Below are positions 1 to 13,376 of a DNA stretch of 64,000 nucleotides, piece by piece; position 1 is the first letter of the stretch; each line of letters opens with the position of its first letter. Under the pieces are notes generated by a model. The model worked only from the letters and a program-made list of their open reading frames with translations. It searched no databases and was not told where the DNA came from. A program made the translations under genes and the position numbers. The stretch spans positions 70,928,001 through 70,992,000 of the forward strand of contig OX597824.1 in the NCBI GenBank assembly GCA_951406725.2. The letters run 5' to 3'. The stretch is from Octopus vulgaris (lineage: Eukaryota).

Positions 1-20
1 GTACAAACACAGACACAAAG

Positions 21-109
<89 letters not shown>

Positions 110-399
110 ACGAGCTTCTTTCAGTTTCCTTCTACCAAGGCCGCTTACAAGGCTTTGGTTGGCCCGAGGCTATAGTAGAAGACACTTGCCCAAGGTGCCA
201 CGCAACAGGACTGAACCCGGAACCATGTGGTTGGCAAGCAAGCTACTTACCACACAGCCACTCCTGCACCTATTAGAAAATTTTAAAATAATTTTCATCA
301 GATTGATAAAAATATTTTTGAACGGTTAGTTTTTTAAAAACAGTTATATCAAGTTTGCGATAAGAATAACAATGGTTTGGTTAAGTTGAGAGTAACGTC

Positions 400-1950
400 T
401 TGCAAATTATTATATGATAGAAAGTTCAAAATTTTCTAAAAAAACGTTGCAAGTTTTTCTAAGTTTTTTCGGCTTATAATATAGCAAAATTAATGGAATT
501 AATAAATCATGGAATAATACCTTTGCTCTTAAGGAATGGTTCAGATCTCTACCACATAATCGTAGTACGAAATTTTTCTATTAGATATTAAGAATAAATT
601 TCTTCTACCACAAACTCACTGTTTCTTAATGCCCTTTATTTCCTCAAATCCATTAGTAACTTCATCGATTTATAAATAGACAGTATTCCCCATGTGAATA
701 AAGTTATGGTAGACTACAAAAATTCTTTTTTAGACAAAGCAGCTCAGTACATTCTTCGATACAACCTCGAACGATAATTCTTTCTAACTTAAAACTGACT
801 TCACCCATATTGAAGGAGGTTTGCACCGAGATGATGGCCCAGTTGTCTATCTTTAGTTGTAACTTGTAGCTGATCGATACATCTCTTCTTCAAAACTTTT
901 AAGCTATTAGTCACCAAACTAATCTTATAACTTAAAACTAATCTTATAGCTAACTTGCTAGTCGTTACTTTTAACCTAACCAAATCTTTGTACTACCCAT
1001 ATCGTAAACATAATGAAACTTTAATTTATATTCATAAATAATGAAAACACATTAAGAATATTAAGAATATGGCTAAGCATATTGCTCTTGAACCTTCTAA
1101 TTCTCCAACAAATAAACAAAATTTCGGTGGTTCAACCTTATATTACAACGAATAAATGTAAGAAGTGGTTTCAATGAATAAGCTATGTGCATTGAATAAC
1201 TCACGCGAACTGTAAACCATACAAATTTGAAAATATACAACTAGTTCAACCCGTCGTTTAATGTAGATAGCTTTTTCTCTTGCTAAAATTTTCTTCAAAT
1301 TACTTAAGAAACACTTCCCACCACAGCACAATTACAATAAATTTATCAATAAAAGCACTGCTACAGTGTCGTATTTTACAACACCTAGATTTGCTCAAAT
1401 ACAAACTAAACCAACATTTTCATCAATCTTAATTATTAACCCGTCAATTCCAATTGCCTTGCTAACGATGTAGTATCCCAATGTATGGTGCGAAACAATA
1501 ACTTATATAAAGTAGACATTAGATTCGCATCTAATTCATTAAATCTCTGCTTCAGTCACTATACACAAGTTTCGAATTCCACTCTAAAGAAATAAAAATT
1601 GATCATGCCTTTTAAAGCAAAATCATATTCTAAAACCAAATGACATTGCAACAACTGTATAACTGAAAGCTTTGAAATTAATTTTACTAAAGCTTGCTCT
1701 AGAAACAGACACTCACATAGAATTACTTGTTGCGAACATAAAATAGTCAAGCCTGTTAGAAGTTCAGGCCATTTACTCTCCACAATAGGTAATATAATAC
1801 TATAATCCCATTGATCTACTGTCTAAGTAGTTTAGCAATTCACAAATTGGGATTACTTCAACAAATAGTATGTTCTTTTGCTACCACTATCTATGGCCTT
1901 TTAACAATATCTGATTCATTAGATACACAAATAGAAAACATTATATTGTA
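400..1950 (+). mobile_element. Heavily decayed Penelope-like retroelement (PLE) reverse transcriptase ORF
   Basis: Across frameshifts and stops it reads NKSWNNTFALKEWFRSLPHNRSTKFF/LLDIK (~500-593), GGLHRDDGPVV (~813-846; PLE-type GLYRDDG catalytic motif) and ANLLVVTFNLTKSLYYPYRKHNETLIYIH (~949-1035; PLE thumb NFLDVTxNL..YxPYRKPN...YI). Boundaries approximate. Confidence 0.78.
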
Positions 1951-2258
1951 ATTTATCTGGAGTAGAGTGTAAATAATTAATTCCCAACACTTTTGCCAGC
2001 CTTTGATTTTTGCTCCAATCTGTGTTTTTTACGTTTTTCTTTGTTTATATGTATATGTATACGAATCCTTTGTAGATCTTGTTAATCCTGCATTGTCTTG
2101 CTATTAACTTACCGCACGTGCACTTGGTTTGCATTTAATCTTACCTCTGTCTGTGATTTCTTTCCTACATATAATTATTTATATACTAATGCATTATTTT
2201 CTCACGTTGTATGTCCCTTCAACTATATCTTTTATACACACACAAATGAGTACAGATA

Positions 2259-2338
<80 letters not shown>

Positions 2339-2632
2339 AGTGAGCATATGTGTGTACGCACGCTTGTATGCATTGCACGACTTTACACATCACATCATAT
2401 ATACATACACACGTCCAGACCTCTCATACGCACTACATACTCTCTCATACACACACACACACACTTATGTTGGGGCGAGGTCATTTAACCCTGTTATCTC
2501 CCCTAATTTCGCTCTTGCGTCTCACGTTTGATCTTTGACTTCTGGCCGAAATCAGATCGCCATGTTGATTCGCTAGCCTCTGCACGCATTTTTTTTCTCT
2601 CCTTGTTTCTCTCTGTGTTTCTTTTCTGTGTA

Positions 2633-2670
2633 TCTTTCTGTTGAAGAGCGTAGGCTCGAAACGTAAAAGA
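2633..2670 (+). ncRNA. Minimal hammerhead-like motif (A6>U variant) within a dispersed repeat
   Basis: TCTTT-CTGTTGA-A-GAGC-GTAG-GCTC-GAAA-CG-TA^AAAGA, with perfect stems I and II. Related copies at 10496-10534 and 29544-29578. Confidence 0.6.
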
Positions 2671-2919
2671 CTTGTTTTATTTATATTCCTGAGCGCCATA
2701 CAAATACAATTGTTTGTTTGTATTCCACCTGCTTTCGTCTTTTGTTTATTTTCATAAAGCTTCCCGTTATATATATGCATGCATGTATGATTGTATGTGT
2801 ACGTACGCATACGATTATTTACATGTACTTTTAGATGCTAGCATTCTGCTGCATTTATGTCTTATTCGAGTACAAACTTCATGTATACTTAAGCAGACTA
2901 TGAGTGTATATTGTGTATG

Positions 2920-2951
<32 letters not shown>

Positions 2952-3328
2952 TGTATGTTAATTTGTGGGTTCTATTCGTAAATTTTAGCATATTTATCTT
3001 TGTTCCATAATTTTATTCATATTTCATTATGTAGTTGCATGTAATCATATTTCGATAGAGTTTAATTTAAATGAGATAGTTTTTATTTATTAATGCATCG
3101 ATTTTATTTCACATGTGTTTAAAACTAGTTTAAAAGCCGCACTCCGTGCGAACTTTTATGCTAACTCCTGCAGAGGGCTAATTGGACCTATGACCCAAAA
3201 CTAAAGAGCGCTAAATAGCATGACTATAATACGTCTATAATGACTAAATGTCCCGGTTGCGTTTGATCAGAGGTTAAAAACGGATGAGAATTAATTCTGC
3301 AATGCAATCATTCTATTATTCCAGTCCC

Positions 3329-4162
3329 GGGATCATTTCGGTTTGAACGGCAGTTTTTTCTAGCGGTGTCATATGAAATTGTCACCCATAATTATGACCC
3401 TAGTATCGATCTATTGCATTTCAATCTGTTTTAGGGTTAGGGGTGGGGGGAAGGCTATCTTTTTTTCTTCACAAATGTAAATAAACCCAATCTGTTTCTT
3501 AAAGGATGGACATATTCATACAGCACAGAATGTTGTTTACTTCAATGAACGTCATTGATTGGTTGAAATTGCTGAAATTGAAGAAAAAAAACAACAAATA
3601 TCTTACAAACTATAGAATTTTCTCAATAAAGCCTAGAGAAAAAGATGTTTTATAAACACATCCTACCAGTATACGAAGTTTTAAATTTTTAGTTACCTAG
3701 AAATTATGTTAAAAACTGCCGTTCAAACCGAAAAGATCCCAGTCGGATGAGAGTTGAATTCCAACTGTTTGAACGGCAGTTTTTTCTAGCGGTGTCATAT
3801 GAAATTGTCACCCATAATTATGACCCTAGTATCGATTATTGCATTTCATCTGTTTTAGGGTTAGGGGTGGGGGAAGGCTATCTTTTTTTCTTCACAAATG
3901 TAAATAAACCCAATCTGTTTCTTAAACGAGGGACATATTCATACGGCACAGAATGTTGTTTACTTCAATGAACGTCATTGATTGGTTGAAATTGCAGAAA
4001 TTGAAGAAAAAACAACAAATATCTTACAAACTATAGAATTTTCTCAATAAAGCCTAGAGAAAAAGATGTTTTATAAACACATTCTACCAGTATACGAAGT
4101 TTAAAATTTTTTAGTTACCTAGAAATTATGTCAAAAACTGCCGTTCAAACCGAAAAGATCCC
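3329..4162. mobile_element. ~410-bp MITE, tandemly duplicated
   Basis: TIRs GGGATC(A)TTTCGGTTTGAACGGCAGTTTTT / AAAAACTGCCGTTCAAACCGAAAAGATCCC. Copy 1 is 3329-3740; copy 2 is ~3767-4162 and lacks the outer left TIR. AGTCCC flanks both outer ends (putative TSD). Confidence 0.85.
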
Positions 4163-4428
4163 AGTCCCGAGTTGAATTCCAACTGTTAGCCAATTTATCC
4201 CAGAGTTCTTATCTCAACGAAGCTAATGTCAGTTATCTCTCCCTTAATCTCTGACAACCGCCACCAAAATGGCGTGAATCAGTCAAGCATAACCTGCTAG
4301 AAATAGCAACCCAAATGCTTTTAAATCAGATCCCAACGCTGGATGTTCAAGAACCAAATGAAGGTCAGGTTTTGAATCCCGGGATTATTCAGATTCAAAA
4401 AAGTTATATGTCTATGTAGAGCAAATGT

Positions 4429-4590
4429 AGGAAAGTAGACTGACTAAAAATTTGTAAAATAATTCAGTTAGTTTTGGATTGATAAATTTCTGGATCATTT
4501 TTGCTGGATTAGAGTTAATATACTAATCCAGAAATTGATCAATCCAAAACTAACTGAATTACTTCATGAATTTTTAGTCAGTTTACTTCC
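4429..4590. repeat. Short fold-back (about 65-bp imperfect inverted repeat)
   Basis: GACTGACTAAAAATT..AATTCAGTTAGTTTTGGATTGAT vs ATCAATCCAAAACTAACTGAATT..AATTTTTAGTCAGTT. Confidence 0.75.
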
Positions 4591-4713
4591 CCGCTTTCAA
4601 CTTGAGTGGATACGTGGAGTGAACATTTAAAGTGGTGGGACGAATTCGGGCGTCCTCTTTCAGCATACAGACACGATAGCTTCTGCGCCCTTAAGTGTAA
4701 TTGTACCCTATAC

Positions 4714-4758
<45 letters not shown>

Positions 4759-6335
4759 TACAAACACACACACACACACACAAAAGAGATACCAATCTTG
4801 AGAAATTAGACTTTTCGAAACCAGAAAGGAGAAAGCTAATTCGAAGACTACTAATCCAGTCCATCACTGGAACGGTATAAATCTGTAAAACTTTCCTGAA
4901 GTTTATCATTTAAATATATATGAGCATGTCTAGATATGCAACTATATGCATGAGAATCCATACATAAAACATACAAATCTGCACGTACATACATACATAC
5001 ATACATACATACATACATACATACATACATACATACATACATACATACATACATACATACATACAAATATACCCTGTATTGATGTTGAAATTCCAATGAA
5101 GGAGCCTTGGATCTAGGTTAGAAACCGGTTATTTCTCTATTGGCAAGAAATCTTCAAATAAACTGAATAATGACATACATACATACATACATACATACTT
5201 GCATAATATGTATGTATATTAACGGAGGTAATTAATAGAGTCTCTCCTACATTTCTTGCAAGACTAATTAATTGGAAGACATTTCTTTGACATCTAAAAG
5301 CCTTTCTATTCTGCCATTATTTTCTGAAAGTAGATTATATATTAGTGTCTTCATGTTATTGGATACCATTGTATAATCTTTTAATTTGATTGAGCTTCTT
5401 CACAAAGTAAAACTACGGTAAACTAAACCAAGTAATAAGTATTATTCTAACGTTTGTAATTTCCCTTCTCATTTCTTGTTTAATAGATAATATTCTTCTT
5501 GTTTATCCGTTCTTGTAATTGCTGTACGCGGTATTCGTCTCGAGAAAACAGCTCGTAAAGACAAACTAATACTACTTTCGTCGCTAATTACGAATTTTCA
5601 TTCAGCTTGCTGACTAATAGCGACATCAGTGATTTATCAGTAATCATTGTTTTCTTATATCATTGAAAACTAGATTTGTTTTTAGCATGCAGTTGCTAGT
5701 AGATGCTTGCTAGTTGACGACGCTCAAGAAAGCAGAAATACGTTTTTAGCAATTTCAATAATGTTGCTACACACTTTTCGTCTGCTACAGATAAATTTCA
5801 GTGGTTTTTGAACCACACATCTCAACGAGATGCTTTCTTAAGACAAAAATCGCAGGTTCGAGTCTTTATACAGTATATCTGTTACAATATGATGTACAGA
5901 ATGCTATTTTAAAATAACACTTTTTCTGTCGCTAATGTGTGTATATGTGTGTATGTACGCGCGCGTGCACATCTGTGTTCGTCCCACCACCACTTGACAG
6001 CCAGTGTTTGTTTGTTTACATCCTTGTAATTTAGCCACTTAGCATTTCCGTATAAGAGAACGAGAGAATACAGACTTAAGAAAAAGTAGTGGGGATCAAT
6101 TTGATTGACTAAACTCTTCTAAGCGGGGCCCCAGCATGGCCGCAGTCCACTGACTGAAACAAATAAAATAATAATAATAAATTGCTATTTATTTCGTAAT
6201 AAAAGGGATAAACATGCTATCACAAGAATTCATTAAATAGAACACAGCATACATTATACCTAATTAGTGTTAATTATACCAAATTAGTGTTATATATATA
6301 TATCAGGTCAGGGTGGGGGTGGGGGTCATCATATA

Positions 6336-6874
6336 CAAGGTGGGTCAAAAGTCACGCACCAAAATATTTGACATTGTATTTATATTATGCTATTGTTATT
6401 ATTATTAGGAAGAGGCGCAATGGCCCAGTGGTTAGGGCAGCGTACTCGCGGTCGGAGGATCGCAGCTTCGATTCCCAGACCAGGCGTTGTGTATGTTTAT
6501 TGAGCGAAAACACCAAAAGCTCCTCGAGGCTTCAGCAGAGGGTGGTGGCGACCTCTGTTGTACTCTTTCGCCACAACTTTCTCTCACACTTTCTTCCTGT
6601 TTCTCGAGTAACGTTGCGATGGACTGGCGTCCCGTCCAACTGGGGGAACACATACATCATTGAAACCTGGAAATCGGGCCCATGAGCCTGGCTAGGCTTG
6701 AAAAGGGCACATAAATAAAATATGATTATTATTATTAATCTTGTTCATTATATGCAAGTATGTGTTTCATCATTATTCTATTTGTTTAGTTCAATTTTTT
6801 AAAAATTGATGCATGTCTTGGATAATTCTGGAGCATATCAAACTTATTGTGTGCATGACTTCTGACCCACCCTG
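6336..6874. mobile_element. Tc1/mariner-type MITE with a nested tRNA-derived SINE (~6413-6720, + strand)
   Basis: TA-flanked TIRs CAAGGTGGGTCAAAAGTCACGCAC / GTGCATGACTTCTGACCCACCCTG. The insert begins GGCGCAATGGCCCAGTGGTTAGGG..TTCGATTCCC (A/B boxes) and is flanked by (TTA)n. Confidence 0.75.
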
Positions 6875-8046
6875 TATTTAAGGGGTCAACATATTGTTAG
6901 GTGGAGGTCAACAATTTATCAAGTGGTGTCAGCCTGTAGTAAGAAGGGATCAGTCTGTGCTCAGGAAGGGATCCACATGTGATCAAGAAGGATCAACATG
7001 AGGTTAGAAGGGATCAACAAATAGCTAGAGGGGTTAGTCAACATATGGTCAGATAGGGTCAGCATGTGATCAAGTGAAGTTACCATGTGGCCAGATGAGG
7101 GCAACCTGTGGCCAAGGGGAGTAAATGTGATGAGAAGGGGTTTAACATGTGATCAGTATGGATCAACATATAGCCAGATAGGAGTCAAGGTATAATTGGA
7201 TGAGGTCACCATAAATGGGATAACCCAAAAGATCACCGGGCTAACAAGGAATTATACAGCACTGAGGGTGTAAAGAGGAGGTCAGTCAAACAGGTGATGT
7301 GATGTAGAAGGCCCAGTTGTTGCATATGTGGAAGTAAAAGACCTTTGAATGACTTCTGCACAGAAGAAGAGACCAAGAACTTAAAAAAAAAAACAAAAGG
7401 CGAAGACCATGGCTGTTGACATTGCTACTCCTGCTGCTGTCGCTGTTACCCTACCATCACTAGGCATAAGTCAAGTATAATCAGAGCAGAAGCAAAAACA
7501 AATAAAATCGACTTATCCTCAATGTTACCAATAATAGTGTCCAATAAGGTTAGGTAGCATGAAAAAAGGTGATCTAATCCAGCGCAGAACTGAGCAAGGT
7601 TCTGAGCAGCAGTTTTACCATTTCGGTACTTCAGGGACATCTAATCTGTTCATGAGAAATATCCAGACTCTTTGCATGGGATTTCCAGTTACTTTTTTGC
7701 GGATCTTCCAGCCTCTTCTTGATGGTCTTCCAACCCCTTTTCAAGCCTTTCGGGGTTGATAAGATAAAGTACCAGTCAAGTACTGAGATAAATAGTATTG
7801 ATTAATCCCATCCCTGCAAAATTGATAGGTGTGTGCCTAAATTAAAAAGAAATTCTTTTCGAAATTTAAAACTAATTTCAATATATTATTTAACATTTTT
7901 TGTAATCTTTTTGAATTAAATACTTTGTGTGGTATAGATACATGCATTTTCACACACACACACAAAGCACATATACTCACACATACACACAAAGCACATA
8001 TACTCACACATACACACATATACATACACAAACACATGTGTGTGTG

Positions 8047-8130
<84 letters not shown>

Positions 8131-8478
8131 TAAATAGATAGATAGATGGATGGATGGATGGATGGATGGATGGATAGATATGTACATCATCATCACCATC
8201 ATCATTTAACGCTCGTTATCTATGATCACATGGGTTGGATGGTTTGACCAGAGCTGGCAAGCTGGGGAGCTGCACCAGACTCCAGTCTGATTTGGCATTG
8301 TTGCTACTGCCAGATGCCCTTCCTAATGCCAACCACTTTGCAGAGTGTGCTGGGTGGCTTTAAGTGGCACCACATAGGAGCCTTTACATGGTGCTGTCAC
8401 AAGTGCTTTATACCACCAGAGAGACCAGTCTTAACACTTATATTTGTGTGTGTGTGTCTGCGTATGCATATGTATATA

Positions 8479-8609
8479 CAGGGTGTCCCCAAAAAATGTA
8501 TACACACCTTAAATAATTGTAAATTTGTTATTCTTTGTAAGCCTAGTACTTATTCTATCATTCTCTTTTGCCGAACCACTATGTGTATACATTTTTTTGG
8601 GACACCCTG
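8479..8609. mobile_element. 131-bp Tc1/mariner-type MITE
   Basis: TA|CAGGGTGTCCCCAAAAAATGTATACAC ... GTGTATACATTTTTTTGGGACACCCTG|TA. Confidence 0.85.
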
Positions 8610-9607
8610 TATATGTACATATGAGTGTGTGTGTGTGTGTGTATTGGAACTTGATACAGTCTTTGGACACATCAGATCTTGTCAAACTGTCCAATCCATG
8701 CCAGCATGGAATGTGGACGTTAAATGATGATGATTATGATGATGATGAAGATGATAAGGATAATAATGACAATGCTAATAATTTTGTCTAACTTTGGCAC
8801 AAAGCCAATAATTTAGAGGGGAGGGAACAAACCGATAATATCAGTCTCAGTGCTCAACTGGTTCCTATTTTACCAATCCCCAAAAGAATGGAAGGCAAAA
8901 TTGACCTAAGCAGTATTTGAACTCAGAGCATAAAGAACATAGAAGAACAACGACGATAATTATCATGATGGTGATGATGATGATGATGATGATGACGACG
9001 ACGACGATGACGATGATGATGAAGAAGAAGACGAAGAAGAAGACGAAGAAGAAGAAGAAGAAGAAGAAGAAGAAAAAGAAGAAGAAGAAGAAGAAGAAGA
9101 AGAAGACGAAGAAGAAGAAGACAAAGAAGAATGTGGATGATGATGATGATGATGATGCAGGCATTGATGATGATGACAATAACGAAGAGAATGATGATGA
9201 TTATGGCAATAATGTTAATTAAGATTAGGACGAAAATGATGATGATGAGGATGATGAGGATGATGAATACGACAATGATGATGATAATGATGAAGGCAAC
9301 AGTGATGCTGTCGATAATGAGGATTGCAACAGTGATGATGTTGGCGATGTTGATGATGAGTTGAATAATTAACCTATATGTTTTATTGATTGGTCAATGA
9401 CAAAAGACAGTTTTCCAGTAATTTATAGGGTAAAGTAGAGTAGATCACAACATGATGTGACAAGACATTTTCTTGCCGGGTGATTAGACAAGAAACAAAA
9501 ATACAAAGACTTTGAGAAATGTCTAATGGTGATATTTACAGGAATTGCCTTAGCTGGCTTCGTAGTTAGAGACCATAGAATAGAAGTAATTAAATATGTG
9601 TGTTGTG

Positions 9608-9640
<33 letters not shown>

Positions 9641-10245
9641 AATACATATACACAATACATACACACACACACACACATACTCTTTACTATTTTACTCTTT
9701 TACTTGTTTCAGTCATTTGATTGCGGCCATGCTGGAGCACCACCTTTAGTCGAGCAAATTGACCCCAGGTCTTATCCTTTGTCAACCTAGTACTTATTCT
9801 ATCAGTCTCTTTTGCCGAACCGCTAAGTTACGGCAACGTAAACACACCAGCATCGGTTGTCAAGCGATGTTGGGGAGACAAACACAGACACACAAACATA
9901 TACACACACATACATTTATATATACATATATACGACGGGCTTCTTTCAGTTTCCGTCTGACAAATCCACTCACAAGGCTTTGGTCAGCCCAAGGCTATAG
10001 TAGAAGACACTTGCCCAAGGTGCTATACTGTGTGACTGAACCCGGAACCATGTGGTTGGTAAGCAAGCTACTTACCACACAGCTACTCTTATGTCTATAT
10101 ATATTAGCAATAGAGGTTGTATTAACACTGAGATATAATATCTATCCCCACTTTAATGTTGTGTTTGAACAAACTATACTGCAGTAGTTACCATCAGAGA
10201 AACTCTCATATACACTCTTGTTTATATTCATACATATATGTATGT

Positions 10246-10293
<48 letters not shown>

Positions 10294-10859
10294 ACATACA
10301 GCCACACCTATATATATATATGTATACATACATATATATGTATACATACATATATACATACATGCATACATATATGGTTCAGCTGGGTCACCGTTATTAT
10401 TTCCCTACCACTCAGCCTCTTTCTTCTGGTCATTTTCTCATGTTGAACCATTAATCCCTACATATTTTTTCTCTCTCCATTTTTTCCCTCTCGACACCTT
10501 CTGTTGAAAGAGCATAGGCTTGAAACATCAAAGACTTTTCCATTCTTCCTGAGTATCAAACTAATACACCTGCTTATTGTTCCCTCACCTGTCTTCGTCC
10601 TTTATTTTCTGTAAATTTGAACAATATATATACATTCATTCATACACTATATTCACATACACACACATACATATATATATATATAGGTGTGGCCATCTGC
10701 TAAGAAGCTTGCTTCCCAACCACATGGTTCTGGGTTCAGTCTCACTGCATGACACCTTGGACAAGTGTCTTTAACCACAGCCTCGGGCCAACCAAAACTT
10801 TGTGAGTGGATTTTATTGAGAGAAACTGAAAGAAGCCCATCATATATATATAAATATTA

Positions 10860-11433
10860 GAGGGAAAAAAACAAGAAAACCTAGGCAGGGCGGGTGTCTC
10901 AAGTCATTTAGAATTTTTTTATTAAAGTAAGGTGAATTTGAAGTAATTATTTAATTAATTAACTATCAGATATCTTACAGCTGTTTCTGGGATATCCCAA
11001 GTGATAGGTTAGCATCTCCATATACTGGGTATTCCATCATCAGAGACAAGGTGAGTATGTAGGACAGTTCTAGACAGAGAATTCACAGTGTATAGAGGAA
11101 TAAAATGTTAGATAGAAGAATAAAGAGTAAAGCAGTAGATAGAAGAATAGAGACGAGAGAATAAAGTTCACAGCTCATCTTCTTCCAGAAGGTATAGAGG
11201 TCGGGCCATCCAGGCAGTATTTTGGCAATATTTTGAATGCAACATTCAAAATTACTTGGGATATCCCAGAATCAGCTGTAAGACATCCAACAGAAACAGC
11301 TGTAAGACATCCAGAAACAGCTGTAAGACATTCAATTAATTAATTAATTAATTAATTACTTCAGATTCATCTTACTCTAATTAGATATTCTAAATGATTT
11401 GAGACACTTGTCCTGTCTTGGTTTTGTTTTCCT
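10860..11433. mobile_element. Fold-back element carrying a hammerhead (PLE-like inverted terminus)
   Basis: ~10860-11002 is the diverged reverse complement of ~11253-11433. The right arm has CAGAAACAGCTGTAAGACAT three times. Confidence 0.72.
10971..11048 (-). ncRNA. Type I hammerhead ribozyme, intact core
   Basis: Minus strand reads TGTCT-CTGATGA-TGGAATACCCAGT...ACTTGGGATATCCCA-GAAA-CAGCTG-TA^AGATA. Stem I is 5 bp with one G.U, stem III is the palindrome CAGCTG, GUA site. Confidence 0.82.
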
Positions 11434-12064
11434 TCTCCTTTACTATATACCTGCTAACTCAGAAGCCTACTACAGCCTCAGCTGTGAACTTGGAACCAAA
11501 TGGATTACCAATTATAGCACTTACACAGTGAATCTATTCATTTAGATCACCAGTGAACTAAACCCCTCATATATATACTCAATTTTTGGGGATTAATCAA
11601 TATGCAGGTATTCTATTTCAGATAATACAAAAATAACCTAATGAATATATCTGACAGGAAATTCATGGTATCAGTTCACACATCACGAAATAACACTTGA
11701 AGGTATAACCTAAATTACCAGCTATATAATGTACTTCATTAATTATATCATACTTTAGTTAATACTTATATTTATTAAATATGAAGGAACTACACATGTT
11801 TCAGTATTGGAAGATTACAATATATATTCTTATACACAACTGTATACCAATATATATATATATATGTATATATATATCATCATCATCATCATCATCATCA
11901 TCATTTAGCGTCAGTTTTCCATGCTAGCATGGGTTGGACGGTTCAACTGGGTCTGTGAAGCTGGAAGGCTTCATCAGGCCCAGTCAGATCTGGCAGTGTT
12001 TCTATGGCTGGTTGCCCTTCCTAACGCCAACCACTCTATGAGTGTAGTGGGTGCTTTTTACGTG

Positions 12065-12099
<35 letters not shown>

Positions 12100-12627
12100 G
12101 ATATGTATCTTATATATATCTATATCTATATATCTATCTATCCGGCAGGACAAGTGAGACCATAACCCGTAGCCTCTACATGGGATGTAGCCAGTCCACT
12201 TATGCATACCTTTGGGACACAAAACTCTACTTGTGAAGACGTGTTGAGGCAAGTGAAAATCAAAATCGAAATCAATCAACATCAATGGAAATTGCAGCTG
12301 TGATACCAGTGCCGGTGGTATGTAAGAGAACCATCCGAACGTAGCCGTTGCCAGCGCCGCCCCAACTGGCCTTGTGCCGGTGGCACGTAAAAAGCACCAT
12401 CCGATCTTGGCCGTTTACCAGCCTCGTCTGGCACCTGTGCCGGTGGCACATAAAAAGCACCCACTACACTCACAGAGTGGTTGGCGTTAGGAAGGGCATC
12501 CAGCTGTAGAAACATTGCCAGATCAGACTGGGCCTGGTGCAGCCTTCTGGTTTCCCAGACCCCAGTTGAATCGTCCAACCCATGCTAGCATGGAAGGTGG
12601 ATGCTAAACAATGATGATGATGATCTA

Positions 12628-12686
<59 letters not shown>

Positions 12687-12696
12687 TATAGATAGA

Positions 12697-13219
12697 TACA
12701 TTATATAAAAGGGCTTAGTAAAATAAATTACTTTGCCACATACTGAACTCATTAGAAATAGCAGCCCAAAAAGTTTTTTAGCTATTTCTAATACTTAAAG
12801 AAAGTTTCTCTCAGATAGTGTTTACTCAGAATAACCCACGAAGGTATGGGGGTAAAAACTTTGAATTTGTTGGCACTGTCAGTTTGAACGGGTCGTCTGA
12901 GGTGTTAAGTCGCCAAAAGGGTATGTTCCTACTTTCAGTGTTTCCAAATCCAAATTAAGAAATGTTGGGCTGACGAAAGAAATGTCGAATTTTATTTGGC
13001 TGATCTAGAAACGTAACGTTCTCAAATAATCTTTGCACTTGTGATTTTTTAATGTTTTTTACCCCCATACCTTCATGGGTTATTCTGAGTAAACACTATC
13101 TGAGAGAAACTTTCTTTAAGTATTAGAAATAGCTAAAAAACTGTTTTGGCTGCTATTTCTAATGAGTTCAGTATGTGGCAAAGTAATTTATTTTACTAAG
13201 CCCCCTTTTATATAATGTA
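12697..13219. mobile_element. Fold-back element with ~163-bp inverted arms and a hammerhead in the spacer
   Basis: 12697-12859 is a near-perfect reverse complement of 13054-13219. Confidence 0.88.
12965..13025 (+). ncRNA. Type I hammerhead ribozyme, intact core
   Basis: TTGGG-CTGACGA-AAGA..GTCGAAT-TTT-ATTTGGC..TCTA-GAAA-CG-TAA-CG-TT^CTCAA. Stem I is 5 bp, GUU site at 13020; the 10.1/11.1 pair is a mismatch. Confidence 0.68.
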
Positions 13220-13316
13220 ATATTTTGAATTCGCCTTAAATGGTCCTTTTACATACTGAATACTTGGTGAAATTGATTAATAACTAATTAATTTTACCCT
13301 CAATTGTTGAAATTAT

Positions 13317-13376
<60 letters not shown>

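Noticed and set aside
6413-6490. tRNA-like sequence (also 48930-49001)
   Set aside because: A/B boxes continue into a SINE body with no complete cloverleaf or acceptor stem; these are SINE heads, not tRNA genes.
6885-7225. Degenerate ~20-bp periodic GGTCAACAT-like tract
   Set aside because: Old minisatellite with no ORF or consistent structure that I can support.
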